DNA from: Zygnema circumcarinatum SAG 698-1b
Taxonomy: Eukaryota; Plantae; Zygnematophyceae
Length of the DNA stretch: 64,000 nt
Assembly: GCA_037447605.1 (NCBI GenBank)
Contig: CM074807.1
Coordinates: 1,674,001 to 1,738,000, forward strand
Direction of reading: 5' to 3'
The translations under genes and the position numbers were made by a program. The notes under the pieces were generated by a model. The model was given only the letters and a program-made list of their open reading frames with translations, had not been told where the DNA came from and made no database searches. The stretch's first letter is position 1; each line of letters starts with the position of its first letter. Below, piece by piece: positions 1 to 12,100 of the stretch.

Positions 1-94
1 TCTGCGCGCGTGGGAGGGAGGGTCCTTCTGGAGGGGCAGGAGGTCGGGAAGGGCTTCAGGGCTGCGGTTGCGGCAGCAGGGGACGGTTGCAGGC

Positions 95-2508
95 ATGGTG
101 CAGACGGCGTTGGAAGAGCTAGGGAAGGACGGGGCGTTTGTAAGGAAGGATTCTATTTTTCGTGATTTCATCACTGAGGACGGGTCCAGCGGGTTCCCTG
201 CAGAGGCTGGAAGGTGAGCTGTGAGCTGTGCTGAGCAGCGCTGTGATTAGCAGGCTTGTTTGAGAAGTTTGGACATTAGCGTAGAGGGAATAGAAGATGG
301 AATTTCTCTCGTTTTGAGAATGTAGGGTGATTATTTCTATCAAGAAAATAAAGCATTTTTCTTTTTTGTCTTGTGGACTTTTTTGGACTCCGTTCATGCC
401 TTCTCTAGACCTGACCTGAGCTGCCAACATAGTAGCTGTCTGGAATGGGCGAGGAAGTGCCAGCTGTGCACGGAACTGATCGCTGAATTGTTGTAAGCAT
501 GCAGATATCACCTTTACATAAGCTATGCTTGTCCTTGGGCCTCAAGGTGCTACGCTTTTCTTAAGCTGAAAGGCTTGGAGGATGTGATTGGTCTCACCGT
601 AAGGTCCAAATCAGAATACTTCCAATTTTCGAATTCATTCTGCCTGTTGGTCTATACTGCTAAGAAGAATATTAACGCTGCCGGTTGCGTTTTCCTCCAC
701 AATCACCCCAATCTATGATTTCCTTATTTCTGTAGGTGACTAAACCGAAATGGGAGAAGACCAAAGAAGGGGAGAATCATATGGGGTGGCCTATTGCCAG
801 CTCTCCCGACGACGAAGCTGGAGCAACTGTTGACTCGGTTAACCATGCAAAGACTGTGCGCGAACTCTATGAGTTGACAGATTCCAACACCACCAAGTTT
901 TCAGTACCGGTAGGTTGTAAATTTCTTGAACATAGTCCGTAGTTGTATATAAATGTTAAAGGACACCTTCCTCATGTTGGTTTTTTGCTAGAGCTTTTTT
1001 CATGACCCTCGTACGTCCTAGTCAACATATTTTACTTTGTGGTTACAATTTGGCGGGTTTGCATCTGCTTTCGTTCTTGCACAGGCATTTTTTTGTGGGC
1101 GATTGTAAAACAGTTGCTTTATGTTTCTCACCAAGCTAGCGACACTTCTCCTTCCTAGTCTTCCGAAGGTTTCACAGAAATGTATGGCAGGGCTTTTCCC
1201 CTTGGCAGACTCCAATAACATTGATAGGTGATATTCAACTCTCTTCTGAATTGCTAGTAAAACTGTCTTTCTGTTGTTCCTGGTTAGGTGCTGTGGGACA
1301 AAGTGAAGAAAACCATTGTGAATAACGAAAGCAAGGAAATTACCCGCATGTTCAACGACCAGTTCAACAAATTCGCGAAGAATCCCACTTTGGACCTTTA
1401 TCCCAAGGAGCTTCGGGATAACATTGACGAGGTGAACGAATGGGTTTATGACAAGATCAATAATGGAGTTTACAAGTGTGGCTTTGCAACCAAGCAAGCG
1501 CCCTATGAGACGGTAGGTTGCAATCCCTTCCATATGTTACTGCAGTGAAAGCTTCTCTGAAGCGTTACTATTAACTAAACCGCCTGTGACGGAAGGCTAC
1601 CTTGTTGTTTAGATTCTCCAAAGCTAGCAGTCACCAGCTATAGGCTTGATTTCGACTTCAAGACCTGCCTCGTTTCACCTTCGTGATTGATTTTGATCAC
1701 TTGGGTATGAGGATTGCAGGCATTTCACGAGCTTTTTGATGCTCTCGACAGGTGTGAAGAGATTTTGTCAAAACAAAGATATATTGCGGGCCATATTCTA
1801 ACAGAGGCAGACATTCGATTGTTTGTCACTTTGATTCGCTTTGACGAGGTGAGACCAGCCCTCCCACTATTGCAATGCTGTCTGTCCCCAAATCAGATTG
1901 ACTTCCCGTATGTTTCATCATGATCAAAGTTCCATCAAGGTATCTTTGCTTCTGCTGGGCTGCTGCTGCATCGAGAGTTCAATAGCTTGACTTGCTGATT
2001 CCCAATTGGTTTTCTAGATGCCTTCTGATTGCGATTTCCGTAGTTATACTGGAGACCTTTACCCTCAAAATTGCTGTCCTTTTTCTCCTGAAGCACAACC
2101 TCTAAATCATCCATACAGGACAAGTGTCATGTTTTCCCCTCATTCTGTCCTTTCTATTTAACTCTTGTTATCATTGTTGAAACGCTCAACAAGGAGTCCC
2201 TGACCAGCCTAGGTAGGCATATTACAAACTGAAAAAAAGGAATGACAGAGCCTGAGGTGTGCCCCCTTTGGCAGGTCTATGTGGTGCATTTCAAGTGCAA
2301 CAAGAGGCTGATCCGAGAGTACCCCAACCTGTTCAACTACACCAAGGACGTGTACCAGATCCCGGGCATAGCGGACACTGTAAACATGGCGCACATCAAG
2401 AAGCACTACTATGGCAGCCACCCCTCCATCAACCCCTTTGGAGTCATTCCCTTGGGATGGACCATCGACTACTCCGCCCCTCACGACCGGAACAGGTTCT
2501 CAAAGTGA
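95..2508 (+). CDS. Glutathionyl-hydroquinone reductase (GST omega-like/Xi class, ECM4/YqjG family), 6 exons
   Basis: Exons 95-213, 505-598, 736-909, 1288-1512, 1720-1848 and 2275-2508 join in frame at GT-AG junctions. Motifs: [15 protein letters not shown] (catalytic CPWA), [53 protein letters not shown]. The frame is open upstream of the ATG at 95 to the window edge, so a targeting peptide may start outside the window. Confidence 0.95.
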
Positions 2509-3166
2509 TGTACATTGTGTGTGTTTTAGGGACCGAGTTTGTAGAACCGACAGTCTCTGTGCAGGACCTGCGCGGAAATGTTCGAAGTCAGGAGAGCATC
2601 TACACGGATTGTCGATTCTTGACATGTTCAGACACTTCAGTTGCTGTCATTTGCCCACTGGCGAGGCCATTTTTGTAAGCACACCTTGGTCTATATGGAT
2701 GTGCCGTTTCAAAATTCTATACCCATTTCATTGGTCATCATTGCCAGTGTTGCTCATGGCGTTGTTCTTGACACTTTGTCTTCTCTTTGAACGTTTTCCT
2801 TCGCTTCCCTTCGTCACATTCTCTTGGATCAACCTCATGCTGTATTGCAAGGGAACACACTAAGAACAGTTTACCTCTAACATGTAACAATAAATCAAGT
2901 ATGAGGCAAAAGTCACTGGCATAGACTGTTTCAGTTTGACTTTGCAGCAGTGGGGACCTACTCAAAATGCCTCCCTCCATTCTGCTTGACCGAAAATTGC
3001 GCAGCGAGAAATGAACTTATAATGTGTGTTTGCCCTCCGCTTATCTTAAGTCTGCCGCTTCTCTAGGACCAGAGTAAAAAAATTAGCAAAACTGTTACCC
3101 CGTGTCTCATGTGGTAGTGTTTAAAAATTTTCCTGTGCGCTGGTTGCCACGTCGAGAGAGGTCACG

Positions 3167-6100
3167 TCACGCTGCCCCAGAGGCCGCAAACCGCTGGAGA
3201 TGAAGCGCCACCGCTTGTGCGAGGGAGTCTGCCGCCCCTCTTGAAGCCGCCTCAGCATAGACACGCACAGCATCTTCCGTTCCGGAGCAAAGGCGCGGCC
3301 TTGCGCATGCTTGCCTGCGTCCCCACCCCCCTCGTATGCTAAAATGAGGCGAGCACTCAAGCATCCATAAGCAGGTATGCGATTCAAGCCTGCTTAAGTA
3401 ATCAACGCAAAAGAGCGCCGTTTATTTCGCCTAGCAGGTGAAGCTACAGCGTTCACCCTCTCAATGGTGTTTGAGATTCCGACCCAGTGGGTCCTTATAG
3501 CAACAACCGAGGTGCCCTCGACGAGGCTGCTAAGGTGCTCACCGACTTCACCATCAATGGCTTCCTGCAATCCTGCCGGTTGTACTACCCGCGTCTCTGC
3601 ATCCGTGGTGGTTATGGCTCTGCGATCTGCTACCTTTACCTGCATAGCTACATCAAAATTAGACCCGGAGTTTGAAACAGAAAGCAGGAGACTAAAACTT
3701 ACACGGAAGCAATAACAAAGACAACAGTTGTGGACAATTGGCAAAGGTTGGAATAGAGGGAGGACAGAGAGCGTTGCCATGAAATTTGACCATCACTTGC
3801 CTTGAGTTGTCGACTGGGAAGGTCAGCATACAGGCGACTCCAGTTCTCAATGGTCCATCCTCGGTAATGCAGCACAGTCTCCACAAGCAAAATATTGCTC
3901 AGAGCATCACCTACTGCCTGGTTCACCATCTCGCTTAGGGCTATCAGCCTTTTGATGGCACGTCTGTGCACTTCTCCACCTGCAATGAAGTTCAAGAGGC
4001 AGTTCCATCACTTTTGTCAGCACACGGCAGGCATAGGAAGCTCGTCCATCCTGCTTGGTTGAGATCGAAAAGGGAACTCAACCCCACGGATGTTTCTATG
4101 AAAACCTGCAAGGTTAATCTTGCATTGACACGCTCACCGTGCCATAGCACACTCTATTATTTCGCCTTAACGCAAATTTGCCACCACTTCGTTCTCAATT
4201 GCCTATACTGAGCACTTGAGTAGTAGGCGTAGTCTGAAAGGCTACGAATGGTTTGAAAGTTACTATAATAGAACGTAAATGGCCACTCCTGCAGCACGAG
4301 ACACATCACTTCCATGTTGGCCTGCTTCAAAAACAATATCTGTGCACCCTCCAGCATAAGCTGCCCAGAAACCTCAGGTTCATTTAGCAGTTCAAATAGG
4401 TATCACACCTGTGGTCTCATCCTTCATATCCCCCTTCAGCCATTCCAGGAACTGCTCGCGGAATAACACCGTCCCGTGCCCATTGGCTTCAAAGTATACT
4501 CCAATGTCGAAGGCCAGTGCTGCTTCATGCAGGTACTTAACCCCTGTTGGGGTCCGAACCACTTGGAGACCCAACTGTTCCGTGATGAACACAGTCGAGG
4601 CTCCGTTGGCATAGGCGGTCTGAACGACTCCCACAGTCACCATTCCATACCCATGGACATAGAAAGCTCTACCATCACCTGACTCGAGCCCTATACTGTT
4701 TTTCTGCGCTCCTCTAAGAATTTGGAGTTGCTCTCCAATAAAAGAGGCTGCCAGCACTGCTATCTTGTCTCCGTCAAGAAGATGAAACTGTGGGCTTGTG
4801 ACAGGTCCTCCAAAGTAGAAGTAGACAAGCCTATCGGCATCTCCGTCCACACTGACACATCTGCGAGGAGGAAATCACCATTTCAGCCCCTAATTAGAGC
4901 AGTCACAGCATGCACAGCATCATTAAAAGACAGCAGGATAGCCAAGCACACCATGGGATACATAGAGCAACTGAAGACAACTGAAGGCAACTGAAGAGTG
5001 TGACTTATAACAGACATTGCGTTTTGTGTACAGAGAGGCTACAGTGCATACTTTGACAACTTAACACAGTCGACTTATCCTAAAACATAAGGAAGTAGGT
5101 ACACCTCTCATGGAGGCTCCTTCAAAAAGAACCTGCAAAAGGATCATTTTGGTCTCCTACCTCTTCCCAATGTCTTGCACGGGATCAAAGCCTTCAGGGG
5201 CCCTCTGTTCCTTCTGCACAAAGTCTGCGCCCATTCCTTTATTGAGCACACCTCCCAACCAGGCTGATTCCGAACTTCCATAGTAAGTGCTTGAGATACC
5301 ACGAAAGGAGTCAACGCCGCAGCTTTCAAAGCCCCAACTCCACTTGCACCGTCTACCAACAATGGCTGCTTCAGCTTGTCAGAGGTGAGCGGTGTACGGG
5401 AGGGCGGCAGCAGGCCACACAGGAGAGTGTAAGATGTCGCCAGTGCCTTAAAATATGCCTCTTCTGTGGAAGGAGCACCTCTGTTGGTTGCTCTGACCAG
5501 CCAATGCAGCTGAGGGGTCGTAAGGACTCCCATGTCAACTGCCTCGACACCGGCGATAGACGAGATGCCCTGAAGAAGTGTGACATGAGTCAGTGGAAAA
5601 AAGGGAATGGTGGGATAGGTTACAACAACATAGGACCATGAAAAGCCCCTGACATTCAGTAAAATCTTGGTAACTTAGTTGGAAGTTTCATCACACGTAG
5701 CTGAATGAACACAATAGAAGGCAGATATGAAAACTATCTGCACAGCTTCCGGATACGTAGGGATTGCCGATGTGATTCGCAATGACCATGCAATCGTATC
5801 TAGTTGTTACCCTGCGTAATTCCACACTTCTATTCACAAGTAGTACACAATCATACGTGGACAGATTTTCCAGCTAACTCACACAAGCTCGCTTATGATA
5901 GCGACACAGAAGAATACTACAAACACATGGGTTGCTTGCCTGGGAAGCCGACTTAGCCAAACGCTCTCCACTGGGCCTTGTATCCCTGGCCAATAGTACA
6001 AGGCCTCTCTGACTAACAACCTGTATCTTCTCGTGCTCTACAATGTCGTCAACCACCTGCAATGCAAAGTGAACACCCAGAAAACTGCACCAAAGGTCTG

Positions 6101-7502
6101 TGCAGTGAGCAGAGGAAGAGGTGCCTGCATAATTTAATGAAGGCTCAGGCTAAATGACAGAAAGAGTCGTTCACTGCTTTTGAACTAGCTAGATGAGAGA
6201 AGTGTATGAAACATTCGTTACAAAGCATACATCAGGTAAGAGAGCAGCAGAAGAGAATCGCGTCCATCAAAGTCCCTAAATTGTCAGCTCCGAGAACTGA
6301 AGGCAGCCGGAAATGCTTTATGAAATATCCAATCTATGTATGGCTTAAGTTGCACACCTGGCAAACTGCTGCTGCATCATGTGCATTGGCGAGACGGTCA
6401 GCACGTGATTCCCAGGCAATGTTGAGCATTCCGCCTTCAGGGTCAGACAGCTTCACTCCGTTGTCCTTCACAGGGTTGTGTGACGCTGTCACCACGACTC
6501 CAGTACACTGGCAAGTGTGCAGAGATCTCAAGGCGGCTAGCACTCCCATACGGAATACAGTTGAATCGAGAAGCTCTGCCTCAGCTCGAAAGCCGGCTGT
6601 TCCATAGGAGAAGAAAATGCCTGGAAGATAGCAGCCAATAGCATGATTGAAGAAATGTCCGAGGTGCAGACGCACAGAACAAGGCGATTTCCACGACATG
6701 AAGTGCATCAGCAGTGGACAGAGACAATTGCATGGGCTCCAGGGTAGACACGACTTACTGAAAGCCGAGTTCACATTTCCAGGAGGGCTTGGTTCCATCG
6801 GCAAAACCATAGGGAAATTATTGCTTCCTTGCTTTAAGACATTCTTCCAAATAAGGTTTCCTTAAAGTTATCATAAGCACGAGCTGAAAATAAGTTAAAC
6901 TTTATTTACTTCTCTTATGAAAATGGTTATAACTCTCATGCTGGGTGGACGAAGCATCCGCATTTCCATTTTATCTGGTTGACTTTTTTGCGCTACTGCC
7001 TCGATCAACACAAGTATCCAAAAAAAAATGATACAGCATTAGGACTTCTAAAAGGCCAGAAATTCCTGCATTGTTTTATGATCCAGATTTAGCAAAAACA
7101 AGACTCTTCTCTCAACTGAAAGCAGTCACGCTGCTCCTTAGTTAGCCCCTGAACAAGACGACTCGCTAAACAATACACACCTTCCGGCTTCGGAAAAAGA
7201 GCCGAAGCTTCCTCCAATCCGGCGAATGAGGCCCTATTGCTCTCCCCTCCGCCCATGGCCACAGCCCTGCTCGAAGCCTGCCTCCGGGAGAAGCCCCTCA
7301 ACGACAAAGACGACGACGGTCTCCTGCGCAGTCTGAGCTTGCGCCCTCGCGAGGACGAGGAGGAGGAGGAGGAGGAGGAGGAGGAGGAGGAGGAGGAGGC
7401 GGAGGACAGGGCGAGGGAGGAGACGGGCGAGCGCGCGGGAGCGCAGAGCAGCGCGCGGCGCACGGCGCAGGAGAGGCAGAGGGAGAGGGAAAGGGAGGAC
7501 AT
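3167..7502 (-). CDS. AGM1: Phosphoacetylglucosamine mutase (AGM1/PGM3/DRT101 family), multi-exon, with a long Ser/Arg-rich N-terminal extension and an apparent frameshift in the last exon
   Basis: [14 protein letters not shown] (phospho-Ser loop) and DNGVKL at ~6350-6620. DGASGVG at ~5350. [32 protein letters not shown] and [14 protein letters not shown] at 4410-4850. [13 protein letters not shown] and Y.DLPSRQLK at 3800-3960. [13 protein letters not shown] at ~3250. First exon 7502 (or 7256)-7181 joins exon 2 at 6620 in phase 1. Confidence 0.93.
7355..7400 (+). repeat. (GAG)n microsatellite encoding poly-Ser in the AGM N-terminal extension
   Basis: Perfect GAG run visible in the sequence. 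Confidence 0.95.
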
Positions 7503-7559
7503 GCCGCGGAGGGCGCCCTCCGCCTTCAGAACTTCGGCTTTCGGGTTTGAGGGTCTGTG

Positions 7560-7900
7560 TTGACGTTTAGGGTTAGGGTTTGAAGAATTACTGTACGGTA
7601 GGGTTCAGGTTTCGGAGTTTTGGGGTTTCTGGGTTTAAAGGTTCAAGGTTTACGTTTTGGGGTTTTAGGGTGAAGGGTCGGTCTCAGGGTCAGGATTCAG
7701 GGTTTAGGTTTTAGGTTTTAGGTTTCTAGAGTTCAGGATTTCAGGCACATGGATGGCCCAGGATTCGGGGTTGGGTGGTAGGGTCTAGAATCCAGGACGA
7801 GGTTCGTGGCTTACTGCTTCAAGGTCAAAGTTTGGAGTATTGTGTGTTAGGGTTGAAAGTTCAGAGTGGGGTGTTAGGGTTCAGGGTTCAGGGAGAGCCG
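7560..7900 (+). repeat. Degenerate telomere-like (TTTAGGG-type) tract upstream of AGM
   Basis: Repeated tttagg/ttaggg/ttcaggg units, which read CCCTAAA-like on the AGM sense strand. Confidence 0.7.
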
Positions 7901-8174
7901 AGGTGGAAAACACTACCACTTTTACCTATATTTGTAAACGGTTTTGATCAATTCAATTGAATTCAAGTTCACATTTTTGCAATGTTTCTGTTTGCGTCAA
8001 GCCCGAGCCCTGAAGACCCGGAGTCGGACGATTACGCTCGACTGCTTTCGTTAATTTCTTTTAAAAGTGTGAGCTTGCAGACAGCTCGCAGCAGTTGTCA
8101 CTGGTTAAACAGTGCTCGGGGTGCGTGACAAATGGTCCCTTGCAGGGCAGAGAGATGACAAGCTGAGGCGACCG

Positions 8175-8435
8175 GAGGGGGGGGAGGGGAGGGGAGGGGA
8201 GGGGAGGGGAGGGGAGGGAGGGAGGGAGGGAGGGAGGGAGGGAGGTGAGAGGGAGGGAGGGAGAGGGAGGGAGGGAGGGAGGGAGAGGGAGGGAGGGAGG
8301 GAGGGGAGAGGGAGGGAGGGAGGAGGGAGGGAGGGAGGGAGGGAGGGAGGAGGGAGGGAGGGAGGGAGGGAGAGGGAGGGAGGGAGAGGGAGGGAGGGAG
8401 GGAGGGAGGGAGGGAGGGAGGGAGGGAGGGAGGCG
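8175..8435 (+). repeat. (GGGA/GAGG)n purine-rich low-complexity tract
   Basis: Near-pure G/A tetramer repeat; it explains the spurious long Pro/Ser and Gly/Glu/Arg ORFs here. Confidence 0.95.
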
Positions 8436-9117
8436 GGTGGGCAGGCGGAGAGGGCAGGTCCTGGAGGGAACAGGTGCGGCCTGCTTGCTTTATTACTGTG
8501 AGAGAGAGAGAGAGATAAGTGTGCTCGTTATTCTGTATATGACCTAAGTGGGGCAAGGCAAGAGTAAGGCTCTTCAAGAAATTGTTGTACGGACGGAGTA
8601 TGAGTTGGTCGGCGTGGCGGCTCTGCTCGTTCTCGCTGTGGCGTGCGGACGGGCGGAAGGTGGGTCGGTAGGGCGGGAGTGGGAGAGGGAGGGAGGGAGA
8701 GAGGGAGGGAGGGGTGGGGGAGAGGAGAGTAGAGGTGGAGGGTTCGCGGACATGGACCCTGAGAGTGAGGGAGAAGGTCCGTGCTATAGTGCTGGACAGG
8801 AGAAACGAGGAGAATGAGTGTAGAGCAGGAGGAGTTGAGAAAATGGTAGAAGAGGGAGGTTTGTGGAGATGTGGGAAGTCGGGGAGGAGAGGCGGAGAGT
8901 GGAGGAGGAGAAATTGGGAGGGGAAGCACGGATAAAACTTGATTTTTTTTTCGAAACAGACAGTGGAGAGTGTAAGGGTAGAAGACTGTAAGTACGTGAG
9001 GAGGGAGTGGTGACAAAAGTGTGGGAAAGGTTCAGATTGGAAGAGTAACCCGTGTTCAACCTGTACCCCGCTAGCCAACTGAGGAGACATAATCACTTCA
9101 ATCTCAGTTGATTTCAC

Positions 9118-12100
9118 ATGATTGTTGTTGTCTTCTTTTACAACAGTGAAACTTGTGTGGTTTTCCATACGCTGGCATTGCTGCTTGTACTCGTCCTGCA
9201 TTCCGCATTGTCCAACTCCGCTTCTACGAGGAATGGGAGACATCGTCCACTAGGAAGGTCCATTCTGTTGTATTCGAAGATACTGATATACGTACCTGCA
9301 CTTGTTCCTTTCGTTATGTTTCGCTGTGCAGGGGGATGCACGGGGCTGGCAGATACATTTGACTTTGTCGCAACTAAAGATTCTTACGGGAATGACATTA
9401 ACAGTCTCTTTGTTTCTTCCGTGGAAGAATGCGCTCAGCAATGCACACAGTCCTGCCGATGTGTCTGTTTTTCTATTACCAAAACAAACACTTACGGTTA
9501 CGGATTCGGAAACAAGTTCATATGTTGGCTGAAATATGCAATTAGCATTCTCAAGGATAATGGCGGTGAAAACACATACCTACGCAAGAGTAAGTCATCA
9601 AATCTTCTGAGTTGGTATTTCTGCTCTAGTAGATAGTGTCTGCCATTGCGTAGGTTTTTTAATGTCTTTCTCCACTAATAGTCTTTCAGCTAATTTCTTT
9701 GCTCAGAACTTGCGGTACAGGAAAAAGCCAAGCTTCATGATTCACATCTGAAGGGAAATGAACTGTTCACCTACTAATCTTCGCTTTCAATTTTGAATTT
9801 AATGGGAGAGAAAAATGGGAGATTACACAATGAGAGGGAGTGAGGGATCGAGAAGAACGGTAAGAGGAAAGTTCTGGCGAAAGGTTTGGATAGACAGAAG
9901 CTGAGGAACAGGGAGAGTAGGCGGAGAGAGTCATTCTGTTAAGCGAATGGGGCTGATATGCATGCTGCTTCTGCTCGCCAGCACATCACATACCATGCAT
10001 CTCAACTGTTTCCTTCATCGTGATCTACATAATTTGATGCATTTTAAAGACACGGATGACTTTGAAACGCGACAATCTCTGTCAAAAGGAAGAATCAACC
10101 TAAATGCAGATAATCGAACTTTTTCGGTACGATGCGCCGTCAATTGGAATTAGTCCTGAATGCGACCATTTCTCCCCTCTCTATCTGGTTTGGGTGGTGA
10201 ATGCTTTTTTCAGAGCTTGGTTCTTACCCTTGTGCTGGACTCTTAAACGAATATGACCGCTATGATTATTTGAACTCAGAAGGGTTTGAAATAGGCGAGG
10301 ACCAATATGTAAGCTCCATCGCTTATTGCGAAGCGTTCTGCAACAGAGAATGCCTCTGCCTCGCCTATTCAGTCATCGATCGAGGTGATGGTGGCTTTAC
10401 ATGCTCAATAAAATACCGTACTGGCGACGAGAATATCAACCGGGGTGTTGTTCAAGCGACGAGATATGGGTATGTGTTCAATGGCAGGTCAAGATATCAA
10501 GTCTATTACAGGTGCAGAAAAACAAGTCGAGCATCAAAGGTTCTAGGTTTGGTTCATTCAGGTTGCAAAGCTGATTACATGAAGTAGAATAAAGCGCACG
10601 ATGGAAAGTACACAAGACATTCAGCACAAAAGGGTAGAGAAGGACCGACTCGTGAAGCATGCCAGACTCCGAAACATTTTTCGGTTTGGCCCTGTAGCTT
10701 GTTGTGAGAGCATGTCTTTGTTTCCCGCCAAACTAAAGCTAATTTGTGTCATATCTTAGCGCAATCTGCACTTACATCATTGCAATCAACGGGTATTGCA
10801 GGCAATTTGGCTTTCAACAGGCCCGCTTTTCAGTCCAGTACTTTCAACACTAATCGGTTCGGGCCATATCCAGCACTGAATGCGGTGGATGGCTTCCTTG
10901 ATGGTGTATGTTCNNNNNNNNNNTCTTTGGAGGCTATGGAGGTACGTCGTCTGCTCTTCCTGCAAACCAACTCCCTCCTGTTGCAACTCCGACGTGCCGG
11001 GAACGTGTGTCGCAAGGGAAATAAAAAGTTGCAGAAGATTACAGAAGATAAATCTAGGGCGGAGTGGAAAAGAAGGAATCTCCCTCTAGCCTCGCCATTT
11101 CAGCCTTTTCTCGTATTTCTTTTAGATAATCCGATCCAGAATATGTACTAATCAGGAATCCGATCGAAAGTCCTTCATGGAGCCACTTTTAGATCGTCAG
11201 AGCTCGCCTTGTTCCATGGCTAAGAAAGGCGATCTTTCGGAAGACGATCAGGTCCTCTGACTGAAACATGGAGCGCCTTTGTAAAATTCCACCATTTCAT
11301 TTCATGGAGCACACAGACGACGCGAGAGTTTCGAAGGAAGGGATTGCCGCGTTTCCAACTATGACAGCATCCGGCGGCTCCTTTATTACCTTCACGGCTT
11401 CGGGAGCTGCAAGACCATCTCTCGCTCTCCTCCCACTCCCCCTCTCTTCCCCGCACCTCTTCCTCTTCTTGTCGCTTCCTTCTCGACCGTCCTCACTCTC
11501 TGCTGCACAGAAGGAGAGGGCTCTGTTGCAATATTGCATTGCAGAAGCTATGCGTCTCAGAGCATTTCCTTCGCTCTCATTTTTAAGTTTCCCCAAATTT
11601 TTAGAAATATAGGATAGTTAGGGTTTTGAGGGTCTCCTCTGCGCTTATGCCTTGTGGCAGCTCTCCCTCCTCTCCCCTGTTCAGAACTCTCCTCTCCACT
11701 TGATGCCAGTCCTCACACCACGTTCTGCTTCTGCAGTGGAGGTAAAAGGTGATGAACATTTTAGAAGATAAGGGAGGGATGGAAACCAAGAGAACTCCCG
11801 ATAGCCTCTCGGTGCGGAATGTTTATCGAATCAGTTTAAATACCGTTTTTCTGGAACGAAACCTCTTCCATATTTCCTCCTAGAACCACTCTTAGCCTCT
11901 TCAATCTAATCCACAGCTGAAACAAGGCAAGCTCCTGGACGTTGAACGGATTTTTCAACTGAAGAAGCTCACGAAGCGCCCTTTCAGTTCCACAATTCAC
12001 AGAGCAGCGCGCACATGGAGGATGCGAGAGCGTCAAAGAGAGAGCAAGCGCCACATCTCAGACTATGACAACATCCATATGCTCGTCCCTTGCCACCATT

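Noticed and set aside
8098-9243. 381-aa minus-strand ORF and overlapping Gly/Glu/Arg-rich ORFs
   Set aside because: They are produced by GGGA/CT low-complexity tracts. The short non-repetitive segments (e.g. ADQLILRPYNNFLKSL) match no family I recognise and form no convincing exon chain.
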